In this document: piece after piece, positions 1 through 13,254 of the stretch
How the letters are laid out: each line of letters starts with the position of its first letter
How positions within the stretch are numbered: position 1 is the first letter of the stretch
Assembly: GCF_963921235.1 (NCBI RefSeq)
Contig: NC_086097.1
Coordinates: 248,684,001-248,748,000, forward strand
Length of the DNA: 64,000 bases
Direction: 5' to 3'
From: Mobula hypostoma
Lineage: Eukaryota
The notes under the pieces: generated by a model
What the model saw: only the letters and a program-made list of their open reading frames with translations
Database searches by the model: none
Told to the model about the DNA's origin: nothing
Translations under genes and position numbers: made by a program

Positions 1-344
1 ATGACATATGTGAGTGATGATAAACCTGATTCTGATCTGGGTCTCTATTGTGGACTGAGAGTGGGAAGGGGTCAGGGAGAGGGGAATCATGGTTGGGAAA
101 AGGGGAAGGGAGGGAGGAGGGAGCGGGAAGCACCAGAGAGACATTCTGTAATGATCAATAAACCAATTGTTTGGAATCAAATGACCTTGCCTGGTGTCTC
201 AGGGCTGGGTGTGTCTGGACTGGTGGCATCACCCCCCCCCACATTCCTCTGGCACGCCCTCTCTGCCCCACACCCCTCCGCCCTCACCATTCCCAACGTC
301 CTTTGCTCCCCTCAGGTTTACGAACTCGCTCTCCGCTCCACGAT

Positions 345-3300
345 GACAAATACAATGTAAGGAGTTGGATGTGCTCAGGATTATCCAGAGCCTGAAGATA
401 TTACAGGTGAGACTTTTGAAGAAGTGGCCACACCCAGAGTACAGGCTTCAGATAGTAGATGGGTGACCACCAGGAAAGGTAAGGGGATTGAGCAGCTTTC
501 CCCTGTGGCCATTCCCTTCAGCAACAAGTATAACCCTTTGGATACTGCTGGGGGAGGGGCTATCGGAGCTTGGCAGTAGCAGCCTAGCTGGTGGCACTGT
601 GCCCAGCTCTGAGGTTCAACAGGGAAGACTAAAGTCAGGCAGTGCGGTAGTTATATGGGACTCAGTAGTTATGGGAACAGAAAGGAGACTCTGTGGCTGC
701 AAAATAGACACCAGGATGATGTGTTGCCTCCCGGGTGCTGGGTCCATGATGTATTAGAGTGGTTGTGGGAGATTCTCAAGGTGGAGAGGGGAGCGACTGG
801 AGGTCGTGGTGCATATTGGCACCAATGGCATGGGCAGAAAAGGGGAAGAGGTCCTACCCAGTGAGTACACAGACTTGGGACAGGGGCTGAAGAGGTAGTA
901 ATCTCGATTCACAACACGCTGGAGGAACTCAGCAGGTCGGGCAGCATCCGTGGAAAAGATCGGTTGACGTTTCGGTCCGGAACCCTTCGTCAGGACTGTA
1001 GAGGGAAGGGGCAGAGGCACTATAAAGAAGGTGGGGGGAGGGTGGGAAGGAGAAGGCTGGTAGGTTCCAGGTGAAAAACCAGTAAGGGGAAAGATAAAGG
1101 GGTGGGGAAGGGGAAACAGGGAGGTGATAGGCAGGAAAGGTGAAGGAGGAATAGGGGAAAACACAATGGGTAGTAGAGAGAGGCGGAACCATGAGGGAGG
1201 TGATAGGCAGCTGGGGGAGGGGGGCAGAGTGACATAGGGATAGGGGAAGGGAGGGGGAGGGAATTATCGGAAGTTGGAGAATTCTATGTTCATACCAAGG
1301 GGCTGGAGACTACCTAGACGGTATATGAGGTGTTGCTCCTCCAGCCTGAGTTTAGTCTCATCATGGCAGTAGAGGAGGCCATGTATGGACATATCTGAAT
1401 GGGAATGGGAAGCAGAGTTGAAGTGGGTGGCTACTGATCGTTTCCACGGATGCTGCCCGACCTGCTGAGTTCCTCCAGCGTGTTGTGAGTGTTGCTTTGA
1501 CCCCAGCATCTGCAGAGTATTTTGTGTTAGTAATCTCGATTATTCCCAGTGCCATGGGCTGCTGCAGGTAGGAATGGGGTGGTAGCACAGACGGATGACT
1601 GGCTGCGGAGATGGTGTAGGGGACAGGGTTTCTAGTTCTTGGATCATTGGAAACTTTTCTGGGAGAGGGGTGACCTCTACAAGAGGGACGGTTGCACCTG
1701 AACTGTAAGGGGACCAATATCCTGGCTGGGAGGTTTGCTGATGCTTCTCAGGAGAGTTCAAACGGGGCTGGGAACTGGAGCCCCAGGTCAGTAAGGGACG
1801 GATCAGACTGGAAGGTAGATGTCAGGGTAAGTACTGAAAGGCAAAATTGAAATAACAGGTATGATGGATCGGATAGTTGGAGTGTGTATATTTTAATTCT
1901 TGGAGTATTTCAGTACTTGGATCTATGATGTTGTAGCCATTACTGAAACTTGATTGAGAGAGGGGCAGGAACGGGTGATTAATGCACCAGGTAAGTTTCG
2001 GGAAAGACAGAGGAGATGGTAAACGAGGGGGTGGAGTTGTGCTACTAATCAGGAACAATATCACGGCTGCACTTAGGGGAGACATAGAAGAGGGGTCAGA
2101 CACAGAGTCCATTTGGGTGGAACTCAGGAATAGGAAGGGTGCAATCACACTGATGGGATTGTACCACAGACCCCATAATAGCCACCGGGACATTGAGGAA
2201 CAGGTATGTAATCAGATTAAGGAAATGCATCAAAATAATAGTGTTGTTGTCATGGGGGATTTCAAACCACGAATATAAACTGGGACCTTCTCAGTGTAAG
2301 GGGTTTAGATGGTGCTGAATTTGCTAAGTGGGTCCTGAAGGGTTTCTTAAATCAATACGTGGACGGTCCATTGAGAAGAGGGGCCGTACTGGACCAGGTG
2401 TTGGGTAGTGAGCCTGGCCAGAGGACTGACCTTCCGGTGGGTGAACAGTAAAGAAGAGTGAACTGGGAATACCTTTTTTTTTCTGGCAGAAGAAGGAAAA
2501 GTATGTAAAGCTTTGAAAGTTAGGATCAAATGAAGCTCATGAGGAATATAAATAAGCCAGAAAATAACTAAAGGAGGGAATTAGGAAAACTAGGAGAAGC
2601 CATGAAAAGTCCTTGATAAATCGGATTAAGGTGAATCCCAAAGTATTCTATACATACATCATGAGCAAGAGGATAACGAGGGAGAGGATGGGGCCACTCA
2701 AGGATAAAGGGGGGGGGGACATTCGCTTGGATACAGAGAACGTGAGTGAGGTACTTAATGAGTACTTTGCTTCAGTATTGATCAAGGAAAAGGATATGGA
2801 GAATCAGGAAATCAGTGCTGAGCCTATAAATATGTTGGGATGTTTAGAGGTCAAAGGGTCAAAGAGGAGGAAGTGTTGGGCCTCATAATGATTATTAAGG
2901 TGGATAAGTCCCAGGGAAGAATAGTATTTACCCCAGGTTACTGAAGGAGACAAGAGACGAGATTGCTGGGACTTTGACCAGTATCTTCGTGTTCTCTGCA
3001 GCATAGGTGAGGTTCTGGCAGAGTGTTATTCAAAAATGTGTAGAATGGATAGTGTAGAAGACTAGCAATGAATACTGTACAGCACAATGTACTTCAGGGG
3101 TAGTTATGGGCAGAGAAAACAAGGGAAAATCCTGGGGACCATGGACCAGTGAGTCTCAGTTAAGCGGTAGGGAGATTGCTGGGGAGAATACTTCGGGATA
3201 GGATATAAGAGCATTTGGAACCCACAGCCTAATTAGGGAGAGGCAGCGTGGCTTTGTGCAGGGTAGGTCATGTTTCACTTGATTGAGTTTTTTGACAAGG

Positions 3301-3712
3301 TGATGAGAGAGGTTGATGGATTTTAGTAAGGAATTTGACAAAATCCCTCATAGGAGGCTAATCTGAAAGATTAAGATGCATGGGGTTTACGGTGAATTGG
3401 CTGGTTGGATTCAGAACTGGCTTATTATAGAGTCAGAGGGTAGTAGCTGAAGGGACTGGTTGAAGCTGGTGGCCTGTCATTAGTGGAGTTCCGTAGCGCT
3501 CTGTGTTGGGACCTCTGCTGTTTGTAATGTGTGTAAATGATCTGCGGGCGATTCCAAGATTGGTGGAGTTGCGGATAGTGTAGAAGGCTGGCAAAGAATG
3601 CAGCACGATATAGGTCAGTTGCAGATGTAGGCTGAGAAACGGCAGATGGAGTTTAACCCAGGGAAATGTGAGGTGTTTCACCTCAGTAGGGCAAATGCAA
3701 AGAGACAGTACA
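345..3712 (+). mobile_element. Degraded CR1-clade LINE: ORF1 SGNH esterase, ORF2 AP endonuclease and RT remnants; interrupted by a PLE at 910-1527
   Basis: AVVIWDSVVMGTERRLCG..CCLPGA (esterase, 488-757); GGGVVLLIR..ESIWVELRNRKG..VVMGDF (APE, 1982-2278); many stops and frameshifts. Boundaries approximate. Confidence 0.85.
910..1527 (-). mobile_element. 5'-truncated Penelope-like element with inverted pseudo-LTR
   Basis: C-terminal tail HFNSASHSHSDMSIHGLLYC..RLEEQHLIYRLGSLQPLGMNIEF; inverted copies 910-957 and 1441-1487; 14-bp TSD TAGTAATCTCGATT at 896-909 and 1528-1541. Confidence 0.9.
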
Positions 3713-3714
3713 CT

Positions 3715-4425
3715 GCTTGCGCTTATGCCGGCCGGTTTAGCCAACAGAGCGGCGGACACCCCTGCTGAAATCTGGAGGAAAACACACAGAGGATGCAGAG
3801 GGGGATCACAAAGGCGAGGAAAGAGGACCGGGTCGAGACAACAGAGACTTATGGAGAAGAGTTCGGTGGGTAATAAAATGGACGAGTTCACGGCGCTAGC
3901 CAGGCGTCAGAGAACTTTTTGGGAGTTCAATGTTATGTATTTCACTGGAACGGGGCTGCACGAGGACATATCCGATCAAAACTTTTCCATGGATGGCTTC
4001 CAGACCGTTTGGGCTGACGGGAAGTGCACTGAGAGCGGTAAGCGTAAAGGAGTTGGGGGCTTACTGTTCTGGTTAACAACGGATGGTGCAGTCCTGGTCA
4101 TATTATGATCGAGGAACATGTTTGTAGACCGGATATTGAACTTTTTACTGTTGGACTTCGGCCATATTCCACCGAGATACAACACTGGGCGTCATCGGAG
4201 GTCATTCTTGCCTGTGACCATTGAACATGCAGCTCCTCCCGTGGAGGGTCAGACACCCTGAGCCAATAGACTGGTCCTGGACTTATTTCCATCTGGCATA
4301 GTTTGCATTTTGTTGTCTAATTGTTTGTGGTTTTTGTATTGCTATATTTACGCTCTATTCTTGGTTGGTGCAGCTGTAACAAAACCCAATTTCCCTTGGG
4401 ATCAATAAAGTATATCTATCTATCC
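3715..4425 (+). mobile_element. Rex1/Babar-like LINE fragment (endonuclease N-terminus) plus a short 3' piece with (TATC)n tail
   Basis: NKMDEFTALAR..VMYFTGTGLHEDISD..DGFQTVWAD..SGKRKG resembles an APE N-terminus; AATAAA then TATC repeats at ~4404-4425. Confidence 0.6.
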
Positions 4426-4753
4426 ACATACAGAATGTATACAGAGTATATGATCCCCCTTCCAACATTGAATCACAGTGGACTTAATTTGGCTTTTTTG
4501 ACACTAATCAACAGAAAAAGACTTGTTCGTGTCAAAGTGAGAACAGATCTCCACAAAGTTATCCAAATTAATTACAAATACAAAACATAAAATAATTGAT
4601 TGCATAAGTATTTGTCCCCTTTAATATGACACCCCAAATCATCAATTGGTGCAGCCAACAACAGAAATTCTGCAGATGCTGGAAATTCAAGCAACACACA
4701 TCAAAGTTGCTGGTGAACGCAGCAGGCCAGGCAGCATCTCTAGGAAGAGGTAC

Positions 4754-4789
4754 AATCGACGTTTCAGGCCGAGACCCTTCGTCAGGACT
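4754..4789 (-). ncRNA. Minimal type I hammerhead ribozyme motif in a PLE pseudo-LTR
   Basis: Minus strand AGTC-CTGACGA-AGG(GTCTCGG)CCT-GAAA-CG-TC^GATT: intact CUGANGA/GAAA core, stems I and II pair. Confidence 0.8.
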
Positions 4790-5569
4790 AACTGAAGGAA
4801 GAGTGAGTAAGAGATTTGAAAGTTGGAGGGGGAAGGAGAGATCCAAAATGATAGGAGAAGACAGGAGGGGGAGGGATGGAGCCAAGAGCTGGACAGGTGA
4901 TTGGCAAAAGGGATACGAGAGGATCATGGGACAGGAGGTCCGGGAAGAAAGACAAGGGGGGGGGAACCCAGAGGATGGGCAAGGGGTATATTCAGAGGGA
5001 CAGAGGGAGAAAAAGGAGAGTGAGGGAAAGAATGTGTGTATAAAAATAAATAAAAGATGGGGTACGAGGGGGAGGTGGGGCATTAGCGGAAGTTAGAGAA
5101 GTCGATGTTCATGCCATCAGGTTGGAGGCTACCCAGACGGAATATAAGGTGTTGTTCCTCCATCCTGAGTCCTCTACTGTAAAGATGAAGCCACACTCAG
5201 GTTGGAGGAACAACACCTTATATTCCGTCTGGGTAGCCTCCAACCTGATGGCATGAACATCGACTTCTCTAACTTCCGCTAATGCCCCACCTCCCCCTCG
5301 TACCCCATCTGTTATTTATTTTTATACACACATTCTTTCTCTCACTCTCCTTTTTGTCCCTCTGAATATACCCCATTGTCCATCCTCTGGGTCCCCCCCG
5401 CCCTTGTCTTTCTTCCTGGACCTCCTGTCCCATGATCCTCTCGTATCCCTTTTGCCTATCACCTGTCCAGCTCTTGGCTCCATCCCTCCCCCTCCTGTCT
5501 TCTCTTATCATTTTGGATCTCCCCCTTCCCCTCCCACTTTCAAATCTCTTACTCACTCTTCCTTCAGTT

Positions 5570-5605
5570 AGTCCTGACGAAGGGTCTCGGCCTGAAACGT
5601 CGACT
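5570..5605 (+). ncRNA. Minimal type I hammerhead ribozyme motif in a PLE pseudo-LTR
   Basis: AGTC-CTGACGA-AGG(GTCTCGG)CCT-GAAA-CG-TC^GACT; predicted cleavage after C5601. Confidence 0.85.
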
Positions 5606-6741
5606 GTACCTCTTCCTAGAGATGCTGCCTGGTCTGCTGCGTTCACCAGCAACTTTGATGAATTGGTGCAGCCAATTGGTTTTAGAAGTCACATCATTAG
5701 TTAAATGAAGATCACCTGTGTGCAGTCAATTGACTGCAGTAAAAATACCCCTGTATCTGGGAGGGCCAACTGCTGGTGAGTCTGTATCCTGGCAAAAGCT
5801 ACACCATGAAGTCAAAAGAACACTCCAAGCAGCTCCACGAAAAGGTTATTGAAAAGCACAAGTCAATAGATGGATACAAGAACATTTCCAAGGCACTGAA
5901 TATCCTTTGGAGTACAGTTGTCAATCATCAAGAAATGGCAAGAATATGGCACAGCTGTAAATCTGCCCAGAGCTGGCCATTCTCAAAAACTAAGTGACCG
6001 TGCAAGAAGGGGACTAGTGAGGGAGGCCACCAAGAGACCCATGACAACTTTGGAGGAGTTAGAAGCTTCAATAGCTGAGATAGGAGAGACTGCGTATACA
6101 GCAACTGTTGTCTGGATGCTTCACCAGTCACGGCTTTATGGGAGAGTGATCAAGAGAAAGTCACTGTTGAAAAAAAACTCACGTGAAATCTTGGCTAGAG
6201 TTTGCCAGAAGGCATGTGGGAGACTCTGACATCAGCTGGAAGAAGGATCTATGGTCTGATGAAACTAAAATTGAGCTTTTTGGCCATCAGACTAAACTCT
6301 GTTTGGTGTAAGTCAAACACGGCCCAACATCAAAACACACCACCCCTACTCTGAGCACGGTGGTGGCTGCATCATGCTGTGGGGATGCTTCACTGCAGCA
6401 GACCCTGGAAGGCTTGTGAAGGTAGAGGGTACAACGAATGCAGCAAAATACAGGGAAATCCTGGAGGAAAACCTGATGCAGTCTGCACGGGAATCTGTTC
6501 TCACTTTGCCATGGAAGAGTCATTTTCTGCTGATCAGTGTCAAAAAAAGCAAAATTGAATCCACTATTATTTAATGTTGTAAAACAGTAAAACATGAAAA
6601 CTTCCAAGGCGGGGGAATACTTTTTATAGGTACTGTATGTGTGCCTCAGACCTTTTGCACAGGACTGTAAGTCTATTAAGTAGTTCCTAGTAGGAATCGT
6701 GACCTGACAGACTAACCAGTCATGATCTTTCAGCTTATCAT

Positions 6742-7722
6742 AAGATAAGACCATAAGATAGAGAAACAGAAGTAGGCTGTTCGGCCCATCGACTCTGCTC
6801 TGCCATTCAATCACGGGCTGATTCAATTCTTCCAGTCATCCCCACTCCCCTGCCTTCTCCCCATACCCTTTGATGCCCTGGCTAATCAAGAACCTATCTA
6901 TCTCTGCCTTAAACACACCCAGTGACTGGGTCTCCACATCCTCTCATGGCAACAAATTCCACAGATTTACCACCCTCTGACTAAAGTAATTTTTCCGCAT
7001 CTCTCTTCTAAATGGACGTCTTTCAATCCTGATGTCGTGCCCTCTTGTCCTGGACTCCCCTACCATGGGAAATAACTTTGCCATATCTAATCTGTTCAGG
7101 CTCCTTAACATTCAGAATGTTTCTATGAGATCCCCCCTCATGCTCCTGAACTCCAGGGAATACAGTCCAAGAGCTGCCAGACGTTCCTCATACAGTAACC
7201 CTTACATTCCTGGAATCATTCTTGTGAATCTTCTCTGAATCCTCTCCAATATCAGTATATCCTTTCTAAAATAGGGAGCCCAAAACTGCACAGAATACTC
7301 CAAATGCGGTCTCATGAGTGCCTTATAGAGTCTCAACATCACATCCCTGCTCTTATATTTTATACCTCTAGAAATGAATGGCAACATTGCATTCACCTTC
7401 TTCACAACCGACTCAACCTGGAGGTTAACCTTTAGGGTATCCTGAACAAGGATTCCCAAGTCCCTTTGTATCTCTGAATTTTGAATTCTCTCCTTTTCTA
7501 AATAATAGTCTGCCCGTTTATTTCTTCCATCCAGGTGCATGACCATACACTTTCCAACATTGTATTTAATTTGCCACTTCTTTGCCCATTCCTCTAAACT
7601 CATGTCTCTCTGCAGGCTCTCTGTTTCCTCAATACTACCTGCTCCTCCACCGATCTTTATATCATCAACAAATTTAGCCACAAATCCATTAATCCCATAG
7701 TCCAAATCATTGACATACATCA
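6742..7722 (-). mobile_element. 5'-truncated CR1 LINE (RT C-terminal part and 3' UTR)
   Basis: YVNDLD..AKFVDDIKIGG..RPHLEYSVQFWAP..QRRFTRMIPG; tail TAAGACCA repeats on +. Confidence 0.9.
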
Positions 7723-8434
7723 TCTTCCTGCATTGCACTTTCTCTGTAGGCCCTACGCTGTATTGAACACTCTGTTATTGTTTTGCCTTGAACTACCTCC
7801 ATGCACTGTGTAAAGAATTGATCTGTATGAACTGTATGCAAGACATGTTTTTCACGGTATCTCCGTACATGTGAAATAATAAATCAATTCAAATTCAGAT
7901 ATTCTGTGAAGGAGATTTCTCAATTTATTGCAACACCTGCAGAGGCTCTTACAAGACAAATCTGTGGGAAGTCATGCAACCAGCCCACAGTCAATACGTC
8001 TCAAGTTTCAAATCTGCTGGAGGTTTCCCTGTTGTAAGGACAGAGGTCAGTGGATGACTAGTCAGCAGGGCTACAAAGGCCAGCTGGCCCACCTTCAACC
8101 GCTCTTGTGGAGAAAGGCAAGACTGAAAACTTACCAACTTTCAAAGCTCATCTTAAACTTCCCATGAATTGCTGGAAGTGCAATGGTCAAAATTCCAGCA
8201 CCAACCTGATCCTGAATGCTGAGAGGGTAACACAGGAGAGCGGTGGGTAACTGGAATGCACTGCCCGGGGTGGTGGTAGGGGCAGATGTATTAGGGGCTT
8301 TTAAGAGGCATTTAGATAGGCACATGAATGTGAGGAAAATGCAAGGATATGGACATTGTGTGGGCAGAAAAGATAAGTTGAGTTGGCCATTTGATTACTA
8401 ATTTAATTGGTTTGGGACAACCTTGTGGGCCTAC

Positions 8435-8996
8435 AAGTACCTCGGGTCAAGAATGATGAGCTTGGAGAAGATACGGAAGGCGCTGGCATGGAGGGCTATG
8501 GACGACATGAAGGAAATCTGGAGGTCAAACCTGACCAGAGGGCTTAAAAAGAGGATTTTTATAGCAGTCATAGAGTCCATTCTCACGTACGGATGCAAGA
8601 CGTGGACTCTCACCAAGACGATGCGAAAGTCTCTAGGTGGTTGCTATACACGAATGCTCCGGATGGTTCTTGACATGAGTTGGCAACAGCACATGTTGAA
8701 CGTTGAGCTCTATAACAACCTACCGATGCTCACCACTAAAATCGAGGTGAGAAGACTGCAACTAGCGGGGCACTGTCTACGCCACCCCGAGCTACCTGCC
8801 AGCCTAGTCATCATATGGGAGCCCAAGCACGGGAGGATGAACCCTGGGCACCCTCCCAAGACTATGGTCAACATGCTCCTAGAAGACAGCGGCGCGGCTA
8901 ATGTTCATGAACTGAACACACTGATGAGGGAGAGGGAGAGTCCGTCATCATGCTCGATGCCGGCCCCCTAGGCCTGAGCCGACATAGTAGTAGTAG
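8435..8996 (+). mobile_element. 5'-truncated RTE-clade LINE inserted in a CR1 3' UTR
   Basis: YKYLGS..SILTYGCKTWTLTK..RRLQLAGHCLR; (TAG)n tail; 11-bp TSD TGTGGGCCTAC at 8424-8434 and 8997-9007. Confidence 0.9.
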
Positions 8997-9461
8997 TGTG
9001 GGCCTACGGGCTGTTCCTGTCTTGTACTTTTCTATGTTCTATAAGACCATAGACACAGGAGCAGAATTAGGCCATTCGGTCCATCTTGTCAGCTCTGCCA
9101 GTCCATCATGGCTGATTTACTTTCCCTCTCAAACCCATTCTTCTGCCTTCTCTCCGTAACCTTTGACGTCCTTACTAATCAAGAATCTTTCAACCTCCAC
9201 TTTAAGTATACCCAGTGAATTGCCATCTGTGGCAAAGAATTCCACAGACTCACCACCCTCTGGCTAAAGAGATCCCTCCTCACCTCTGTTGTAAATCTGA
9301 GATGCCGGAAATCTGAGCAACACGCACAAAATGCTGGATGAACTCCACAGGCCCGACCGCATCTGTGGAAAAAAGTAACGAGTTACTCCGTTCCCTAGGT
9401 GCTGCCTGGTCTGCAGAGTTCCTCCAGCGTTTTGTGTGTGTTGCTCTGTTCTAAAGATGCT

Positions 9462-9735
9462 GGGGGCCGCGGTAGCACAGAGGTTAGCACAACACTGTTA
9501 CTGCTTGGAATGCTGGAGTGGGGAGTTCAATTCCAGCACCATCTGTAATGGGTTTGCACCTTCTCCCCATGACTGTGTGGGTTTCCTCCGGGCGGGTTTC
9601 CGACCAGTTTGTAGATTAATCGGTCGTTGTAAATTGTCCTGTGATTAGGCTAGTGTTGAATGGAGGGGTTGCTGACAGACGTGGCTCAATGAGGCGGAAA
9701 CGCATGTCCACGCTGTATCTCTAAATAAATAAATA
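9462..9735 (+). mobile_element. tRNA-derived SINE (V-SINE/HE1-like); related copies ~32980-33215 and ~47455-47695
   Basis: A/B-box-like head (GGTAGCACAGAGG..GAGTTCAATTCC), core CTCCCCATGACTGTGTGGGTTTCCTCCGG, (TAAA)n tail. Confidence 0.6.
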
Positions 9736-10344
9736 CACAGAGTCTGTAAATAAATACAGTCTGACAAACAACCCACGTGCAAAAGACAACAAAATGTGCA
9801 AATACAAAATACAGTAGAAATTGCAAATAAATAAATAAGTAATACTGAATACAAGAGAGTCCACGGATTGTGGCAACGCACACAAAGTGCTGGAGGAACT
9901 CAGCAGGCCAGGCAGCATCTATGGAAAAAAGTACAGTCGATGTTGCGGACATCCCAAAATGTCAACTCTACTTTTTTCCATAGATGCTGCCTGCCCTGCT
10001 GAGTTCCTCCAGCATTTTGCGTGTGTTGCTTGGATTGCCAGCATCTGTAGATTTCCTCTTGTTTATCATAGCGGAACCGGTTCAGTGTTGAGGTGAGTGA
10101 AGTTATTCCCCTTGGTTCAAGAGTCTAATGGTTGAGGGGTGATAACTGATCTGGAACCCGGTGGTGTGGGATCTAAGATTCCTGTACCTCCTTCCTGATG
10201 GCAGCATTGAGAAGAGAACATAGGCCTGATCAGCTTTTTTTTGTTGCTATGACTGCTTTGTGTTTTTGGACAGAAGTTTTAAAAACACTGGAAGGGGATT
10301 TTTCCATTCCTCTATTGATTTTCGTGATTCCAGCTGCTGAATTT

Positions 10345-11125
10345 CCAAATATGGAAAAGAAAATCCAAAAATCTGAGATGCAAAGGGACTTGGGAGTTCT
10401 TCTGCTGAACACCTTAAAGATTAACCTGCAGGTAGAGTCGGTGAGGGGGGGGAGGTGAATAAGGCAAATGCAATGATAGCATTCATATCAAGAGATCTAG
10501 AATATAAGAGCAGGGATGTGATGCTGAGGCTTTGTAAGGTACTGATGAGGCCTCATCTTGAATATTGTGGACAGGTTTTGGCTCCTCATCTAAGAAAAGA
10601 TGTACTGGCATTAGAGAGGGTTCAGAGGAGGTTCATAAGGATGATTCTGGGAACGAAAGGGTTATCATACGAGGAGCGTTTGATAGCTCTGGATCTGCAC
10701 TCACTGGAATTTAGAAGGATGTGGGAGAGTGTATCTCATTGAAACCCTTTGAACGTTGAAAGGCCTAGACAGAGGAGATGTGGAAAGGATGTTTCCCATG
10801 GCAGCGGAGTCTAGCACAAAGAGCACGGCCTCAGGATGGAGGGGCATCCATTTAAAACAGTTGCAGATAAATTTCTTTAACCAGAGGGTGGTGAATTTGT
10901 GCAATTTGTTACCACAGACAGCTGTGCAGGCCAGGTCGTTGGGGATATTTAGAGCAGAGCCTGATCGGTTCTTGACTGGACACAGCATCAAAGGTTATAG
11001 GGAGAAGGCCGGGGAGTGGGGCTGAGGAGGGGAAAAAAAAATCACCCATGATTGAATGGCAGAGGAAACTCAATAGGCCAGATGGCCTAATTCTGCTCCT
11101 ACGTCTTGTGTCCTATGGTCCTATG
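10345..11125 (+). mobile_element. CR1 LINE 3' fragment
   Basis: QRDLGVL..KANAMIAFISR..RPHLEYCGQ..QRVVNL motifs and 3' UTR. Confidence 0.85.
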
Positions 11126-11854
11126 GAACCATTCCCTGTCTAGAAACCACCCCCGCCAATCCCTGACCTTACCACTATAGCGACCCTACCAGGACCTCAG
11201 CACCAGATGGCTAAACTCCAGACAGCATTGCTCGTGGGATCGCAGGCATTCACAAGGTCCCATGACAGGGTACTGATCCTCGGAGAAGATATGGGCAGAC
11301 TGTTGCAGAAAGAATGCAAACATCCCTTTCGAAAGTTTTCACACAGGGTGGAGTTTTTTGTGGTATTTTTGTGCTGCATCCGATCCGGAGTAACAATTAT
11401 TTTGTTCTCCTTTACTGGAAACAGCATTAAACAATCTTGAAGAAAGCCCTGCAACGCACACACAATGCTGGAGGAACTCAGCAGGCCAGGTAGCATCTAT
11501 GGAAAAGAGTACAGTCGACGTTTCAGGCTGAGATCCTTCAGCAGGACTGGAGAAAAAAAAGAGGAGTAGTAGAGTTAGAATGTCTTTTCTCCTTGGAGTA
11601 ACAGAGGATGAGAGGTGACCTGATCGAGGTGTATAAGATGAAGTGAGGCATAGAATTCCACAGAGCCATCATCCTCTAGCTAAAGAAATTCCTCTTTCCA
11701 CAACAAGAGCATCTCCCTTCTGCCATCAGATTTCTGAATGATCCAGAAACACAGCCTTGATACTCTTCTTTCGGACTATTTATTAATATATATTTTTACT
11801 GTTTTATAATAATTTGTTATGCCTGCACTGTATTGCTGCCACACAACAAATTTC

Positions 11855-12685
11855 ATCATCTTTACTTGCCGTGTTGTATGACATGATCAATCATGGTCTT
11901 TCACCATGGTCATGGGGACACAACGATTTTATGATCGTGGCCGATCATGGTCTTTCAAAAATTCTTGGCAAATTTTTCTACAGAAGTGGTTTTCCATTGC
12001 CTTTTTTCTGGGCAGTGTCTTTGTTGTTTGTTCGTCCTTCGTAGTCGAAAATGACCATGGCTTCAAAGTCAAATGGGAGATTGATGGCTGTGGGTCCGGA
12101 GGTGACTGATGAGGCCAATCCGGGCCCTGAAGGCTCGCCCACATGTGGGACACAAGTGGGTGGGTGCTGTCGTGGCAGTGGATGCTGCTCGGGCCTTGTG
12201 CACAGCACGCTTTCGTTGTGCCTCGATGATGCGCCTGACTTCAGCTGCACGGGCTCCTGTGGTGATCTTGCTGCGCCAAGCTGGACGGTCGAGGGCAAGC
12301 GTCTCCCACGTGTTGATGTCGACACCCAGGCCTTTGAGGGACGCTTTGAGGCAGTCTTTGTAACGTTTCTTCTGCCCCCCGACTGAGCGCTTGCCCTGAC
12401 ACAGTTCTCCGTACAGCAGCTGCTTAGGCAATCGGCCGACTGCAATGTCTTTACAAGACAGGTGATGGGTGACCCAAGCCGTTATCAATACTCTTCAGAG
12501 ATTGCCTGCTTGGCATCAGTCGTCACATAACCAAGATTGTGATATAGACCAGCTGCTCATATGACCATCCAGCACCTGCTCACGTGGCTTCGTGTGAACC
12601 TGGATGGGGAGGCTAAGCAGGCGCTACACCTTACCCGAAGGCTAGGAGAGGGAAGGAGTGCCTTACATCCTCCTTTGGTGGCAAC
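11855..12685. repeat. Unclassified non-autonomous interspersed repeat; copies also at ~30560-31165 (opposite strand) and ~36740-37041 plus 38985-39060
   Basis: Shared blocks (TTCTTGGCAAATTTTTCTACAGAAGTGG, ATCAATACTCTTCAGAG, GCTACACCTT) in three places; each copy hosts a younger insertion. Confidence 0.7.
12023..12441 (-). mobile_element. 5'-truncated RTE (BovB-like) LINE
   Basis: RLPKQLLYGEL..GGQKKRYKD..WETLALDRPAWR..CPTCGRAFRARIGLISHLRTH zinc finger; TSD GCAGTGTCTTT / GCAATGTCTTT at 12012-12022 and 12442-12452. Confidence 0.85.
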
Positions 12686-13254
12686 TACTATCACTTAGAA
12701 TAAATCTGATTCTGAAGACTGAGTACTCAAATGCTGTATGTTGGTGTGTACTTACATATGGATGGATGGGTATACATTTAATAGGGTACTCTGGCTGAGC
12801 CCTGGAAAAGGGCGGGGGAGTGAGACGGATTAAAAATTCTCTCAAAAGCTGCCAAGCTATAACAGATGTAATAGCTCCTTTCTTATTTTTGAGATTGGTT
12901 TTGTGTTTCGGATGTACAGCCATTAGCACCAACTGGGCTGAATCAGAGTGTCCTGCGACTTCAGTACCCTCGTCCAGTCCTCATCAGCGGCGGAAAGGGT
13001 GAGCAGCTTCAAGTTCCTGGGTCTTGAGTCTATCCTCAGCCCAGCCTGTTGATGCAGTTATGAAGAAGGCATGCCAGTAGCCAAACAGCATTTCACTTGG
13101 AGATAGAGGAGATTTGGTCTGTGACCAAAGACTCTTTCAAATTTATGCAGATGTACAGTGGAGTGCATTCTGGGATTGCATCACCATCTGGCGTGGAGGA
13201 CCCAATGGAGAACATTGGCAAAAGGTGCAGAGGGTATTAACTCAGCCATCTCCA

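Larger units (their letters stand above)
4659..5660. mobile_element. Penelope-like element present as two inverted pseudo-LTR/3' arms
   Basis: Arms ~4700-5170 and ~5195-5660 are near reverse complements; 15-bp TSD AATTGGTGCAGCCAA at 4644-4658 and 5661-5675. Confidence 0.9.
4442..6635 (+). mobile_element. Decayed Tc1-family DNA transposon (transposase pseudogene ~5807-6490), interrupted by a PLE at 4659-5660
   Basis: MKSKEHSKQL..GYKNISKALNI, LPRAGHSQKLS, WSDETKIELFG and HGGGCIMLWGCF motifs; inverted similarity ~4465-4550 vs ~6490-6580; right end ..TACTG followed by TA. Confidence 0.85.

Noticed and set aside
9462..9535. tRNA gene
   Set aside because: Degenerate A/B boxes followed by a SINE core; no cloverleaf.
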